Notes: generated by a model from the letters alone, not told the origin. Shown: positions 47,861 to 58,067, numbered from the stretch's first letter. The stretch is 64,000 nucleotides of DNA from Minisyncoccia bacterium (GCA_038256975.1 JBBSJU010000003.1:4807-68806); one strand, 5' to 3'. Translations and numbers: made by a program.

Positions 47861-48757
47861 TTATTTTTTTATATACACTCGTAATTTTGCGCTGCGTGAT
47901 CGTGGATTTTCTTTTTCTTCTTGAAGAGTTGGTGTCACCGGTTTTTTTGTAACTGGTTGCCAATCTTCTTTGTTATCTCTAAAATAGTTTTTCACTAATC
48001 GGTCCTCTACACTGTGAAATGAAATGAACCCGACCCGACTCCCCGAGATAACGGCCTCTGGAAGCGAATGAAGTAGCTCTTGAAGGGCACCAACTTCGTC
48101 ATTGACCGCCATCCGAATGGCTTGAAAGGTTTTTGTCGCTGGATGAATCTTTCCTTTCTTGTATGCCACCGGAACTGCGTGATACACAATGTCGGCAAGT
48201 TGTTTTGTTGTCGTAATAGGTTTAACTTCTCGTGCCTCAACGATATTACGAGCAATTCTTCCGGCAAATGACTCATCACTAAATCCTTTGAGGATGTCTA
48301 CCAGGGTCTCCTGTAACCATTCATTTACTACTGTGTATGCAGTAATAAGAGCGTCAGGGCGAGAAGAAAGTGTCATTTGAAGAGGTTCTTCTTTTTGAAA
48401 CGTAAAACCACGTCCTGAAGTGTCGAGCTCCTGCGAACTTAAACCTAGGTCTGCAAGAAGAACATCTACGTGTGTAATCTTTTTTTCTTTAAGCACACCT
48501 ACAACATGCCGAAAGTTTGTTTCACACACAATGACATGAGGGATATTTTTTCCAAGTTCTTTTTCAAGAACTTTTTTCCCTTCCTCGAGCGCTACGTGAT
48601 CAAGATCAAAACCAATGAGTGTCCCCTCTTTACCTATTTTTTTTGCTAGTTCCACACTGTGCCCTGCACGATTGAATGTACAATCAAGCACGATGTTTCC
48701 GTGTTTTGGCCCAAGGAGGTCTATTGTTTCCTGTAAAAGAACTGGAATGTGTCCCAT
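47861..48757 (-). CDS. rsmH: 16S rRNA m4C1402 methyltransferase
   Basis: HIPVLL.E, DCT...AGHS, DLGLSS.ELD..RGFTF, HPATKTFQAIR.AVNDE, ISFHS.EDR.VK, NPRSRSAKLR. Confidence 0.97.
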   Translation of the reverse strand: MGHIPVLLQETIDLLGPKHGNIVLDCTFNRAGHSVELAKKIGKEGTLIGFDLDHVALEEGKKVLEKELGKNIPHVIVCETNFRHVVGVLKEKKITHVDVLLADLGLSSQELDTSGRGFTFQKEEPLQMTLSSRPDALITAYTVVNEWLQETLVDILKGFSDESFAGRIARNIVEAREVKPITTTKQLADIVYHAVPVAYKKGKIHPATKTFQAIRMAVNDEVGALQELLHSLPEAVISGSRVGFISFHSVEDRLVKNYFRDNKEDWQPVTKKPVTPTLQEEKENPRSRSAKLRVYIKK

Positions 48758-48760
48758 ACC

Positions 48761-49195
48761 CTAGATGAGACCAACTTCTCCGAGTTTTTCTGCCAATGCA
48801 TCCGCTTCTTGAGCTACATTCTTCACATATGTACTCCATCGTGTTTCATCCCAAATTTCCACACGATTTTGTACGCCCGTAAGAATCACTTTTTCTTGAA
48901 GCCCTGCAAAGTCTTTTAAAAACTCTGGAACCAAGATACGTCCAGCTGAATCAATTTCTACTTCTTCTGCACCACCGAGTAAAAATCGATTGAAACTTCG
49001 TGTACTAGCGTTACCAAATCCGAGATTACCAAGCTTAGATGCTATCGTTTGCCACTCTTTAATACTGTAGACAAAAATACAGTGATCGAGACCGTTTGTC
49101 AGCACTACTTTTTTTCCAAGTTCTTTTCTAAACTTCGCAGGAAGCGAAATTCTTTTTTTAGGATCTAAAGTATGTACGTGTTGGCCAATTAACAT
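48761..49195 (-). CDS. mraZ: Division/cell wall cluster transcriptional regulator
   Basis: MLIGQH.H.LDPKKRISLP and DSAGRILVP (two DxxxRxxxP motifs), RVEIW. ATG 49195. Confidence 0.96.
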   Translation of the reverse strand: MLIGQHVHTLDPKKRISLPAKFRKELGKKVVLTNGLDHCIFVYSIKEWQTIASKLGNLGFGNASTRSFNRFLLGGAEEVEIDSAGRILVPEFLKDFAGLQEKVILTGVQNRVEIWDETRWSTYVKNVAQEADALAEKLGEVGLI

Positions 49196-49222
49196 TGTAT
49201 TCTTAGGTGGAAATGAAACATG

Positions 49223-49297
49223 CCACTTCATCCCACTTGATGACATTATATACCACTTCATGAAACGTTGCTACCACCCTGTTCCACAGTTATCCAC
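49223..49297 (-). promoter_or_regulatory. MraZ-type operator repeats overlapping the -10 box
   Basis: GTGG cores (CCAC on +) at 49223, 49233, 49253, 49274, 49284 and 49294, roughly 10-bp phased; TATAAT at 49250-49245. Confidence 0.75.
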
Positions 49298-49335
49298 ATA
49301 AAAAGCCGCCTTTTGGCGGCTTTTTATGTGGATAA
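49290..49335. terminator. lysS terminator whose arms end in perfect DnaA boxes
   Basis: TTATCCACATAAAAAGCCGCC-TTTT-GGCGGCTTTTTATGTGGATAA, a perfect 21-bp IR. Confidence 0.8.
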
Positions 49336-49342
49336 AGACCTC

Positions 49343-50800
49343 TTATTCCTTTGGTCTCATTAAAGGAAACAGCTGAGTCTCACGAATCGGCTTATCAACT
49401 AAGAACGAAAACAATCTTTCTCCAAAACCAAATCCACACGTAGGCGGCATGCCGTGTTCGAGCATTTCAACGAATTCCCAATCAGGCATCATAGCTTCCT
49501 TGTCTCCTGCTTTCAATAATTCCTGTTGGTGTTCAAATCGAGCGCGTTGGTCTAAAGGGTCATTAAGCTCAGAATACCCCTTGCCTAGTTCTGCCCCACC
49601 AAGCAGCACTTGGAATTGCTCTACGTATTCTTTATTTTGCGCATCACGTTTTGCGAGCGGCTGCATGAAGTCTGGATATCCAATCACAAATGCCGGGCCA
49701 GAGATATTTTTACGACAATATTTCCACAATGCATCGACAAGGCGTTCTTTTGTTTTTCCATCATGTTTTACGTGAAGTTCTAATAATTTTGCTTCAATAT
49801 CATCCACTGTTGCAGCTAATACATCTAGTCCTGTTTGTTTTTTTATTTCTTCAACATACTGAATTTTTGTCCATTCATCTGCAAGGTCGAAGGTATGTCC
49901 ACGAGTTGTGAAAGATGTCTTATTAAACACCTCTGTTGCTATTCTCCGGTACATTTCTTTTACCAAATCCATTCCCATATTGTAGTCTGCGTACGCCCAA
50001 TAAAACTCCATATTCGTAAACTCTTGAAGATGGTTTGGACTTGAGCCTTCATTTCTATAAACGCGGCCTATTTCATACGTCTTTGGAAAACCAGCTGCCA
50101 TGAGACGTTTTTGCCACAATTCCCCAACGGAAATACGGAGATATACATCGAGGTCGTAATCATTATGATGTGTCGCAAATGGCGCAGCCTCAGCTCCACC
50201 TGTAGTAACTTCAAGTGTTGGGGTGTCCACCGCCATAAAACCTTTTTCTTCTAAGAAGTTTCTGGTTGCTCGCCAAAACTTTGTCTTAAGGAAGAACATG
50301 TCTCTCACTTCACTATTGGTAAGTATGTCGAGATAGCGCTTACGGAAACGTTCATCGTCATCCTGAATTCCATGCCATTTTTCAGGTAAAGATAATAGAG
50401 ATTTTGTCGCCAACACAAACCGTGTTGCCTGCATGCTTTGCTCGCCGCGCTGTGTCACAAAAAAAGTTCCTGCAAAAGAAACAAAATCTCCTATATCAAT
50501 CAAATCAACAAATTGTTGCAGTACTTCTTCACCAAGGACGTCTTTTTTAAGCACTATCTGAAACTGCGATGTGCCATCGTATAACACAATAAAAAGAATT
50601 GCCCCTTGGCCACGAATCGCCATAATCCGTCCCGCAACACTTTTTTCATCTCCGCTTTTTTCTAAAGTTTCAAAAGTATCTTTTACCTCACTTAGGGCAA
50701 TATCCCGAGGAACAGTGCTCGGATACGGAGCTATCCCTAAAGCCTCCAATTTCCTGAGTTTTTCTATACGGATATCCTTGATTTCTTCTTGTGATGCCAT
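49343..50800 (-). CDS. lysS: Lysine--tRNA ligase (class II)
   Basis: VAGRIM, LPEKWHG, RKRYLD, YEIGRVYRNEG, YSELNDP, HGMPPT.G.G.G, LFP.MRP. Confidence 0.97.
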   Translation of the reverse strand: MASQEEIKDIRIEKLRKLEALGIAPYPSTVPRDIALSEVKDTFETLEKSGDEKSVAGRIMAIRGQGAILFIVLYDGTSQFQIVLKKDVLGEEVLQQFVDLIDIGDFVSFAGTFFVTQRGEQSMQATRFVLATKSLLSLPEKWHGIQDDDERFRKRYLDILTNSEVRDMFFLKTKFWRATRNFLEEKGFMAVDTPTLEVTTGGAEAAPFATHHNDYDLDVYLRISVGELWQKRLMAAGFPKTYEIGRVYRNEGSSPNHLQEFTNMEFYWAYADYNMGMDLVKEMYRRIATEVFNKTSFTTRGHTFDLADEWTKIQYVEEIKKQTGLDVLAATVDDIEAKLLELHVKHDGKTKERLVDALWKYCRKNISGPAFVIGYPDFMQPLAKRDAQNKEYVEQFQVLLGGAELGKGYSELNDPLDQRARFEHQQELLKAGDKEAMMPDWEFVEMLEHGMPPTCGFGFGERLFSFLVDKPIRETQLFPLMRPKE

Positions 50801-50869
50801 GATAGTTTTAACTGTAACAAAAAAAGCGGCTATAAACCACTTTTCTGTTTTGTGAGTTTTCTCTCCAGA

Positions 50870-51328
50870 TTATTCGATTGAGTCTATTGTGTACTCAACG
50901 ACACCTTTTGGAGTTACAATACTTACTGTGTCACCTACCTTCTTGTTCATGAGCGCCTCACCAATTGGAGAGTGAAATGAAATTTTTCCTGATGCAGTGT
51001 CGGCCTCTTCACCTCCTACAATAGTAAATGTCCGTTTTGTTTTGTCGCCCTTTTTGATTAACATAACAGTAGAGCCAACAGAGACCGTGTCTGTGGAGTG
51101 CTTTGTGGCTACTTTGGCCGTTTTGAGAATGTGTTCAATCTTAGAAATGCGATCTTCAAGCTTTGCCTGATCCTCTCGTGCTTGGGCGTATTCTGCATTT
51201 TCAGAAAGATCTCCCAAAGACTTCGCATACACAAGAGAGTCCGTAATTTGCTTACGGCCTTGGGTCTGGAGCCCGAGAAGCTCTTCCTTTAGCTCCTTAA
51301 ACTTTTCTTTAGTGAGTATTTCTACCAT
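50870..51328 (-). CDS. greA: Transcription elongation factor GreA
   Basis: GDLSENAEY, IS.HSPIG.AL. Confidence 0.96.
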   Translation of the reverse strand: MVEILTKEKFKELKEELLGLQTQGRKQITDSLVYAKSLGDLSENAEYAQAREDQAKLEDRISKIEHILKTAKVATKHSTDTVSVGSTVMLIKKGDKTKRTFTIVGGEEADTASGKISFHSPIGEALMNKKVGDTVSIVTPKGVVEYTIDSIE

Positions 51329-51395
51329 GGTGGAGAATTATACACCAAAAAGATAATTTTGAGAAGAGACCCTTATAAATAAAGGCTATTTTGGT

Positions 51396-53159
51396 TTATA
51401 GCGGGGTGACACCTTCCTCTAGTCCAGTTCCTATCTCGGTAGTAGTTGCTGTATTGGATTTTGGGCCTTCATTACGAAGGGCTGCGTACTGAGGTCGGTT
51501 TTGAGCAATCCACTGTAAAATTCCCAAACTTGTCTTACCTGCACCAAAGACGGTATCAACAGGCCCATTCTCCAAAACAACAACAAAGGCGTACCGCGGG
51601 TTTTGATATGGGAAAAAGCCCGTCATCCAGGAATTAACTCTCCCTTTACGAATCCCTATTTCAGCAGTTCCTGATTTTGCCGCAACTGAAAAGCCTGCTT
51701 GTTGTAAGACTGGTGATGAACCAGAAACAACTGTTTGCCGCATGCCTTCACGAATAACCTGCAAATCTTCTTTCGAAACAACATACCTTGTTTCTGTCTT
51801 GCTCACCCTTGGTGCAATAGTCTGCACCAAATACGGCACAATAAGCCGTCCTCCATTTGCAATACTTGCAACCGAGCGGGCAAGCTGTATTGGGGTCACT
51901 TGTGATCCATATTGTCCGATTGAGGTGTGGTACGTATTCCCTAAACGCCACTCTTCATTAAATGTTTTCAGCTTCCATTCTGGAGTTGGAATGAGCCCGG
52001 TAGACTCACCCGGCAAATCAATTCCTGTGGTTTCAGCAAAACCAAACTTTCTCAAATACTCGTCTATTTTCTGTATTCCTAAACCTTTTTGGTCACCATA
52101 TCCACCGCCAATAGTATAGAAGTATACGTCTGAAGATACCGCGATCGCTTCACGCATATCAGTATATCCATGTATCTTCCAATCTCGAAACACAGTATCA
52201 GGACCGCCATACGGATTTTTTACAGTAATCGAACCACGACTTTCTATTTGTTTCAACGGACTTATCACATCTTCCTCTAGCGCTGCAAGAGCCATGAAAG
52301 GCTTAACGGTTGATCCCGGAGAGTAGAGTCCCGAAATAGCACGATTAAGAAATGGTTTCGCGTCATCGGTTTGAGCTTCGGTAAGTTTTTGTGTCCCCCC
52401 TTCTGTGTTAAGTGTGTACAGTGGAAATGAGGGCGCACTCACAAGAGTAAGAAGTTCTCCTGTATCTATATCAATCACAATAGCTGCACCACCTTTAAAA
52501 CCACCCTCTTGCATGGCTTGTTGCAGAACAGCGTAGGAAGCGTCTTGAAGTTCTGCATCTATGGTAAGTGTCAAATTAGTTCCATCCTCTGGCTCTTCTG
52601 TGACATGGATATCTGTCGTCTCACCAAGTGCGTCTACTTGTACAATACGTTTACCATTAACACCCGAAAGAACATCATTGTATTTCTTTTCAAGACCATC
52701 TAACCCAAGATACTCCGTCTGCCAATATCTTCCTGATGTATCTTTTTTAGGATAACTTACAAAGCCAATGAGTGGTGCCATGCCGTCCAGTGGTGCATAT
52801 TCTCGTTTTGCAATTTCAATATGCGTTGTCGTACCGACATTACGGATAAGCGCCATGCCATTTCTGTCGTACATAATTCCTCGCGAACCAAAAAGCGGGG
52901 TTGAAATGATTCGATTATTTTCAGATTTCTTAACAAACTCTTCACCTTGCAATACTTGAAGGGAAAAAGACTTCACGAGTCCTGTAGCAACAAAAAGCGT
53001 GATAACAACACCGACCGTAATAACCACTTTCGAAGAAACAGGTTTTTCTAATCTCCCTTCGAATGTATCTTGATTAAATTGAGGAACATTTTTCGCATCA
53101 AGAAAAATTTCATCTGGAGATATCTCAATAGTGGTTTTTTTTCTGCGAAAGAAATTCAT
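51396..53159 (-). CDS. mrdA: Penicillin-binding protein 2 (elongasome)
   Basis: RGIMYDRNG, FLNRA.SGLYSPGSTVKP, SSD, IGQ, KSGTA; downstream of mreBC. ATG 53159. Confidence 0.92.
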   Translation of the reverse strand: MNFFRRKKTTIEISPDEIFLDAKNVPQFNQDTFEGRLEKPVSSKVVITVGVVITLFVATGLVKSFSLQVLQGEEFVKKSENNRIISTPLFGSRGIMYDRNGMALIRNVGTTTHIEIAKREYAPLDGMAPLIGFVSYPKKDTSGRYWQTEYLGLDGLEKKYNDVLSGVNGKRIVQVDALGETTDIHVTEEPEDGTNLTLTIDAELQDASYAVLQQAMQEGGFKGGAAIVIDIDTGELLTLVSAPSFPLYTLNTEGGTQKLTEAQTDDAKPFLNRAISGLYSPGSTVKPFMALAALEEDVISPLKQIESRGSITVKNPYGGPDTVFRDWKIHGYTDMREAIAVSSDVYFYTIGGGYGDQKGLGIQKIDEYLRKFGFAETTGIDLPGESTGLIPTPEWKLKTFNEEWRLGNTYHTSIGQYGSQVTPIQLARSVASIANGGRLIVPYLVQTIAPRVSKTETRYVVSKEDLQVIREGMRQTVVSGSSPVLQQAGFSVAAKSGTAEIGIRKGRVNSWMTGFFPYQNPRYAFVVVLENGPVDTVFGAGKTSLGILQWIAQNRPQYAALRNEGPKSNTATTTEIGTGLEEGVTPL

Positions 53160-53163
53160 AATT

Positions 53164-53307
53164 TTATATTCGCAAGAATGGAGAGAAAAGTCGATAGATA
53201 ATAGCAACTACCACCACTACAATAGTGGTCTTTGGGAGATTGTCACTAAACCACATATCAAAAATAAGTGCTAAAAAAAGAATAATCAAAAAGATGGTCT
53301 TTCTCAT
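53164..53307 (-). CDS. Unannotated 47-aa 2-TM microprotein in the mreD position
   Basis: ATGA overlap with the mreC stop; stop 4 nt before the mrdA ATG; MRKTIFLIILFLALIFDMWFSDNLPKTTIVVVVVAIIYRLFSPFLRI. Confidence 0.75.
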   Translation of the reverse strand: MRKTIFLIILFLALIFDMWFSDNLPKTTIVVVVVAIIYRLFSPFLRI

Positions 53308-54086
53308 GGCAGTTCTTCAATTCGAACAACGTCGATCATTTGCGGATGAAACGGTATGTGTATAAAGATTTCTTTCGAGCGGTCACCTTCGTTATCTTTT
53401 ATTTTTTTAACTGTACCAACGATTAAACGAGGGTGTGCGTCGTAGAAAAAAACATCTCCGATATCAAAATTCATTTCGTGTGGAACCTCAACAATATAGA
53501 CCCCATCATCAATACCTCGCAATGTTAAAACTATTCCTTCTTTACTTGTTCGTGCTAGTAAATTTTCTCCATTCCAAGACAAAGCAACCAGAGATGTTTT
53601 TGTGTCAACCTCTTTCACAACTCCAATAAACGTATCCTGAGGACCAACAACAAGTTGTCCGATATGCATATCATCAGGTGCGCCTTTATTGAGACGAAAT
53701 GTGTTATGGACAATCGTGTCTACGCTTCCAATACGTTTTGCAAACAATACAGACGAGCTTGCTGTTGGACTCTGACGTTCATATTTTTGTAAAGCATCTT
53801 TCAAGATAGTGACTTCGAGATACTTTGCTCTTTCTTCATCAAGAAGCTTATTGAGAAGTATATTTTCTTGATACAGGGCATTATTTGAAGCAACATACAA
53901 GTACATTCGATGAAAAACAGATGCGCCCGAAATATAAACTCGAGACGAAAAGAAACCTAAAGATTCTAAAACAGGAATACCCAACTGTTTAAACGGCGAC
54001 CACAAAAACACAAGCAAGACAAAAATAGTAATGTATATAAAAACTTTTTTAAGGTTCTTATTAGAATCGCGGCGAGATATCATCAT
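53304..54086 (-). CDS. mreC: Rod shape-determining protein MreC
   Basis: TM, L.QEN..L coiled coil, LNKG...G..V, IG.V.EV; directly after mreB. Confidence 0.85.
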   Translation of the reverse strand: MMISRRDSNKNLKKVFIYITIFVLLVFLWSPFKQLGIPVLESLGFFSSRVYISGASVFHRMYLYVASNNALYQENILLNKLLDEERAKYLEVTILKDALQKYERQSPTASSSVLFAKRIGSVDTIVHNTFRLNKGAPDDMHIGQLVVGPQDTFIGVVKEVDTKTSLVALSWNGENLLARTSKEGIVLTLRGIDDGVYIVEVPHEMNFDIGDVFFYDAHPRLIVGTVKKIKDNEGDRSKEIFIHIPFHPQMIDVVRIEELP

Positions 54087-55110
54087 GGTTAGTAATGAGA
54101 ACTTCTTTATATTTATCGAGATCTTCTAAAATTATACCCGTTCCACGCGCGACAGCCGAAAGAGGGTCGTCGGCAACAGTAACAGGAATCTTTAAATGTA
54201 GTTGCATAAGTTCGGGCAATCCTCGGATAAGCGCGGTACCACCTGCAAGAATAACCCCCTTATGCATAACATCCGAAAGAATTTCTGGCGGTGTTGTCTC
54301 AAGTACTTCTTTGATAGAGTCAATAATTTGCATAATCGAAGGAGAAAGCGCTTCGCGAATATCCGCATCGGTTACCACTACTTCTCGAGGAAGTCCGGTA
54401 ACTAAATCTCGGCCACGAGCAACCATTTCCATTGGCTCTCCTTCAATAACTCCACCAATAGTAATTTTTATACTCTCAGCAGTTTTTTCACCAATCAGTA
54501 ATTTGAACTCGTCTTTGAGGTACGAAATGATGTCACTACTCAATCTGTCACCAGCAATTTTAAGCGATTTAGAACGCACAATACCCGCAAGAGAAATAAC
54601 AGCAATGTCTGTTGTACCACCACCCATATCAACAATCATGGACCCAATAGCATCTTGAATTGGAAGACGTATTCCAATAGCGGCAGCCATGGGCTCTTCA
54701 ACAATGTACACTTCTCGTGCCCCAGCATTTTTTGTAGCGTCGTATACCGCACGAATTTCTACGTTTGTAATTCCTGTTGGCACACCAACGACAACACGAG
54801 GATTGATAGGTTTTCGCACAACATCATTTACCTTATTCATCAAGTACAACATCATTTCTTCAGTAACTTCAAAATCAGAAATAACACCGTCAACGAGTGG
54901 ACGAATTGCTTTAATATGCGCAGGAGTACGACCAAGCATAAGTTTTGCCTGTTCGCCCACGGCCACAACACGTCCTGTTTTTTGGTTGACCGCAACAACC
55001 GAAGGTTCATTGATTACGATTCCGTGTCCGCCCAAATACACCAAGGTATTTGCAGTACCAAGATCAATTCCAACATCATTAGAATATAGTTTTCGCAGAC
55101 GACTCAACAT
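54061..55110 (-). CDS. mreB: Rod shape-determining protein MreB
   Basis: GIDLGTANT, NEPSVVA, RPL.DGVI.DF, EEPMAAAIG, DMGGGTT, GGTAL. Confidence 0.96.
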   Translation of the reverse strand: MLSRLRKLYSNDVGIDLGTANTLVYLGGHGIVINEPSVVAVNQKTGRVVAVGEQAKLMLGRTPAHIKAIRPLVDGVISDFEVTEEMMLYLMNKVNDVVRKPINPRVVVGVPTGITNVEIRAVYDATKNAGAREVYIVEEPMAAAIGIRLPIQDAIGSMIVDMGGGTTDIAVISLAGIVRSKSLKIAGDRLSSDIISYLKDEFKLLIGEKTAESIKITIGGVIEGEPMEMVARGRDLVTGLPREVVVTDADIREALSPSIMQIIDSIKEVLETTPPEILSDVMHKGVILAGGTALIRGLPELMQLHLKIPVTVADDPLSAVARGTGIILEDLDKYKEVLITNHDDISPRF

Positions 55111-55168
55111 AATCTTCGTACCCTTAAGAGTACCCTAGTTTAGAACATTTCGCCAATAAATCCGGTCT

Positions 55169-56404
55169 CTAAGAAAACATTGCAATACAAGCCTCAATAG
55201 AGATAATCGCAACTTCCCCGTCAGTCCGTTTTTTATATTCTACACCGCCCGCTGCCAAGCTCTTTTCAGTAATCAAAACTCGATGTGGCATGCCAAGCAA
55301 GTCTGCATCATTGAGTTTTATACCAATAGATACATCTCGATCGTCAAAAAGTACCTCTACCCCCTTTGCAGTCAAAGCAACATAGATTTCCTTTGTTTTT
55401 TCGTCCTGTTTGAATGAAAGTAAATGAACTTTAAATGGCGCGATGCTCTCCGGCCAAACAATTCCCTTTTCATCAGAAAGCAGCTCTACAATAGTTCCCA
55501 TGACACGCCCGGGACCAATTCCGTATGAACCCATAATTACTTTTTGCTTCTCTCCTTTGTCATCAACATATGAAAGATCAAACGCGTCTGAGAATTTAGT
55601 TCCCAGAGAGAAAATATTTCCAACCTCAGCTGATTTTACTTGTTTAAGGTTTCCTCTTTCCACACCTAAATCTTTCAACACTTCGTCGTTTAACACCTCT
55701 TCATTGATTGCAATCTTTTTTTCTTCATCCACATAAATAAGATCTTCACCTGCGTCAGTCAGAGTTTGAAACTCGTGAGAATATTTTGAAAACGAACCGC
55801 CAGAAGCAAAAGTAATGTAAGTTTTTTCCCCAATACCCAACCGATTAAACGTCTGAACATACGCTTGCTTTAATTCTTCATATATCTTTGTATGCTCTTC
55901 CTCCGTGCGCGCAAAAGAATACAAATCTTTCATGACAAATTCTCGCCCACGCATAATTCCAGACTTTGCTCGAGTTTCGTTTCTAAACTTTGTTTGAAAT
56001 TGATATACGGAAATCGGTAAGTCACGATATGAACTGATGTAGTTTCGCATCATGTTTGTAATCGGTTCTTCGTGTGTAAAAGAAAGTCCCACCTCGGTAT
56101 CATTTTTCAATTTCGTTTTAAACCACACATCAACAACATCATCAGAGAAGCGTCCTGTTTTATTCCAAACTTCTTTGTCTTGAAGTGCTGTCATCGAAAG
56201 CTCTTGTCCGCCTACTTTATTCATTTCTTCACGAATTACCTGCACAATGTTATTAAAGACTTTAAGTCCAAGAGGTAAATAGACATACGCTCCGGCCATT
56301 TCTTTGTAGACATACCCTGCACGAATAAGTAATTGCGCATTTTTTGAAACCTCGTCAGCAGGAGCTTCTTTTCGTGTCTTAGTAAAAAGTTTTGATTGCA
56401 ACAT
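55169..56404 (-). CDS. proS: Proline--tRNA ligase (short, no INS editing domain)
   Basis: LLIRAGY, THEE, QFQTKFRNE.R...GIMRGREF.MKD.YSF, EVGNIF.LGTK, MGSYGIG..R; 411 aa. Confidence 0.93.
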   Translation of the reverse strand: MLQSKLFTKTRKEAPADEVSKNAQLLIRAGYVYKEMAGAYVYLPLGLKVFNNIVQVIREEMNKVGGQELSMTALQDKEVWNKTGRFSDDVVDVWFKTKLKNDTEVGLSFTHEEPITNMMRNYISSYRDLPISVYQFQTKFRNETRAKSGIMRGREFVMKDLYSFARTEEEHTKIYEELKQAYVQTFNRLGIGEKTYITFASGGSFSKYSHEFQTLTDAGEDLIYVDEEKKIAINEEVLNDEVLKDLGVERGNLKQVKSAEVGNIFSLGTKFSDAFDLSYVDDKGEKQKVIMGSYGIGPGRVMGTIVELLSDEKGIVWPESIAPFKVHLLSFKQDEKTKEIYVALTAKGVEVLFDDRDVSIGIKLNDADLLGMPHRVLITEKSLAAGGVEYKKRTDGEVAIISIEACIAMFS

Positions 56405-56414
56405 AAAGAATACA

Positions 56415-57518
56415 TTAAATTAGACGGGTTATATCTTGCCAAGTAACAAACACCATGAGAAGCAAAAGTAGCCCGAAACCAATAGTATTTGTCCAGGCCT
56501 GAAGCGCAAGCGGGAGTGGACGACGAATAACGCTTTCAATGGCGACAAATAAAATACGACCACCGTCGAGCGCAGGAAATGGAATTAAGTTAAGAATCGC
56601 AAGATTGATTGAAATAATCGCAGCGAAGGTGAAAAGCGCCGCCACTCCGAACACTCGAACTTGATCAACAACACCAACAATGCCAATAGGCCCAGTGAGT
56701 TCTTGTACTCCACCATGACCAGTAAATAAACCTTTAACAAGTCCCACAAAAGCATCTGCGGTAAGAACGGTATATGAAGCGGTTGTTTTCGCCCCTTGCC
56801 ATAATGCCTTGTGTAGCGGAAGATCGAGTACTCCCACCCTATCAACAGTAAGACCAATGATTTTCTTGTCCGATCCAACATACGCACTTGGAGTAATCAA
56901 TTTGTATGTCACCACACCTTCACCCTTCTTTTGATATCCAATAGTCATTTCTGCATCTTGATGTGAAGCAACAAAATCACTTACTTCTTTACCACTTTTT
57001 GGTTCAATAAACTCTTTGAATGTCGCAAGAGAGACGAGTGAATCTCCTGGCTCAATTCCAAGAACGTCTGCGGGTGAAGATTTTGCAACATTTAAAATCG
57101 CCGTGCGCTCATTTTGGACCTGTATATTTTTGGGCACTGCGGTTACTGAAGTTTCTGCTCCAATAATATATGCCCCTGAAAAGAGGACCCACGCAAAAAT
57201 AAGATTCATGGTGATTCCAGCCAAAAGCACCGCCGCTTGAATGTACCGAGGCTTGTGAGCAAAACTTCTTTTTCTATCAACGCCATCTGTTGCTTCACTT
57301 GGATCTTCACCGTAAATCTTTACGTATCCTCCAATAGGAAGAAGATTCACCCGATACTCTGTTTCGCCAAATTTTTTACCGAAGAGTTTTGGTGGAAAAC
57401 CAAATGCAAATTCATCCACACGAATACCTGCCCACTTTGCCACAATGAAATGTCCAAACTCGTGAACAACAACCAAGAAGATGAGGATTGCGAAAAAGAT
57501 AAGAGTTGAAATAAACAT
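56415..57518 (-). CDS. rseP: Site-2 protease RseP (M50) with PDZ domain
   Basis: HEFGH, PIGGYV, GPIGI, NLIPFPALDGG. Confidence 0.94.
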   Translation of the reverse strand: MFISTLIFFAILIFLVVVHEFGHFIVAKWAGIRVDEFAFGFPPKLFGKKFGETEYRVNLLPIGGYVKIYGEDPSEATDGVDRKRSFAHKPRYIQAAVLLAGITMNLIFAWVLFSGAYIIGAETSVTAVPKNIQVQNERTAILNVAKSSPADVLGIEPGDSLVSLATFKEFIEPKSGKEVSDFVASHQDAEMTIGYQKKGEGVVTYKLITPSAYVGSDKKIIGLTVDRVGVLDLPLHKALWQGAKTTASYTVLTADAFVGLVKGLFTGHGGVQELTGPIGIVGVVDQVRVFGVAALFTFAAIISINLAILNLIPFPALDGGRILFVAIESVIRRPLPLALQAWTNTIGFGLLLLLMVFVTWQDITRLI

Positions 57519-57527
57519 ATAAAAAAA

Positions 57528-58067
57528 TTAATTCATTACTTCTGCTTCTTTTTTAGTAAACACATCTTCAAGAAGACCATTATACTCATCCACCTTTTTC
57601 TGAAGTTCGTCAGATGCTCGCTTTGCATCATCTTCGGGAAGATTTTGTGCCTCAATATCTTTTTGCGTCTCTTGCCGCAACATACGCACCTTCACTCGTC
57701 CATCTTCTAGGCGATCTTTGAGCACCTTCACCAGCTGTGCGCGGCGCTCAGTGGTTAATTGAGGAAAAAAGATGCGTAACCCACCATCATCAACAGAAAC
57801 AGAAAGTCCGAGATCAGCATCATACAGAGCCTTTTCGATTATTTTTACCTGAGACTTATCCCAAGGAGCCACACGAAGTGTGCGGGGGTCTTCAATAGTC
57901 ACAGAAGCCACATGTGGAATAGCGGTGCGAGAGCCATAACTTTCAACACTTACCAAGTCTAAAATTGCTGGAGTAGCTCGACCTGTAGAAATGCCTGTGT
58001 ACTCACGCTTAAGCCACTCAATAACTTCTTTCCCCTGTGTACTAAAATCTGAAAATGAATATGCCAT
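57528..58067 (-). CDS. frr: Ribosome recycling factor
   Basis: TGRATP.ILD.V.V.SYG, PWDKS, P.LT.ERR..LVK, KE.E.M. Confidence 0.96.
   Translation of the reverse strand: MAYSFSDFSTQGKEVIEWLKREYTGISTGRATPAILDLVSVESYGSRTAIPHVASVTIEDPRTLRVAPWDKSQVKIIEKALYDADLGLSVSVDDGGLRIFFPQLTTERRAQLVKVLKDRLEDGRVKVRMLRQETQKDIEAQNLPEDDAKRASDELQKKVDEYNGLLEDVFTKKEAEVMN

Noticed and set aside
49290-49335. Possible oriC from DnaA boxes
   Set aside because: Only two perfect boxes, no dnaA/dnaN or AT-rich unwinding element nearby, and gene orientation does not switch here.
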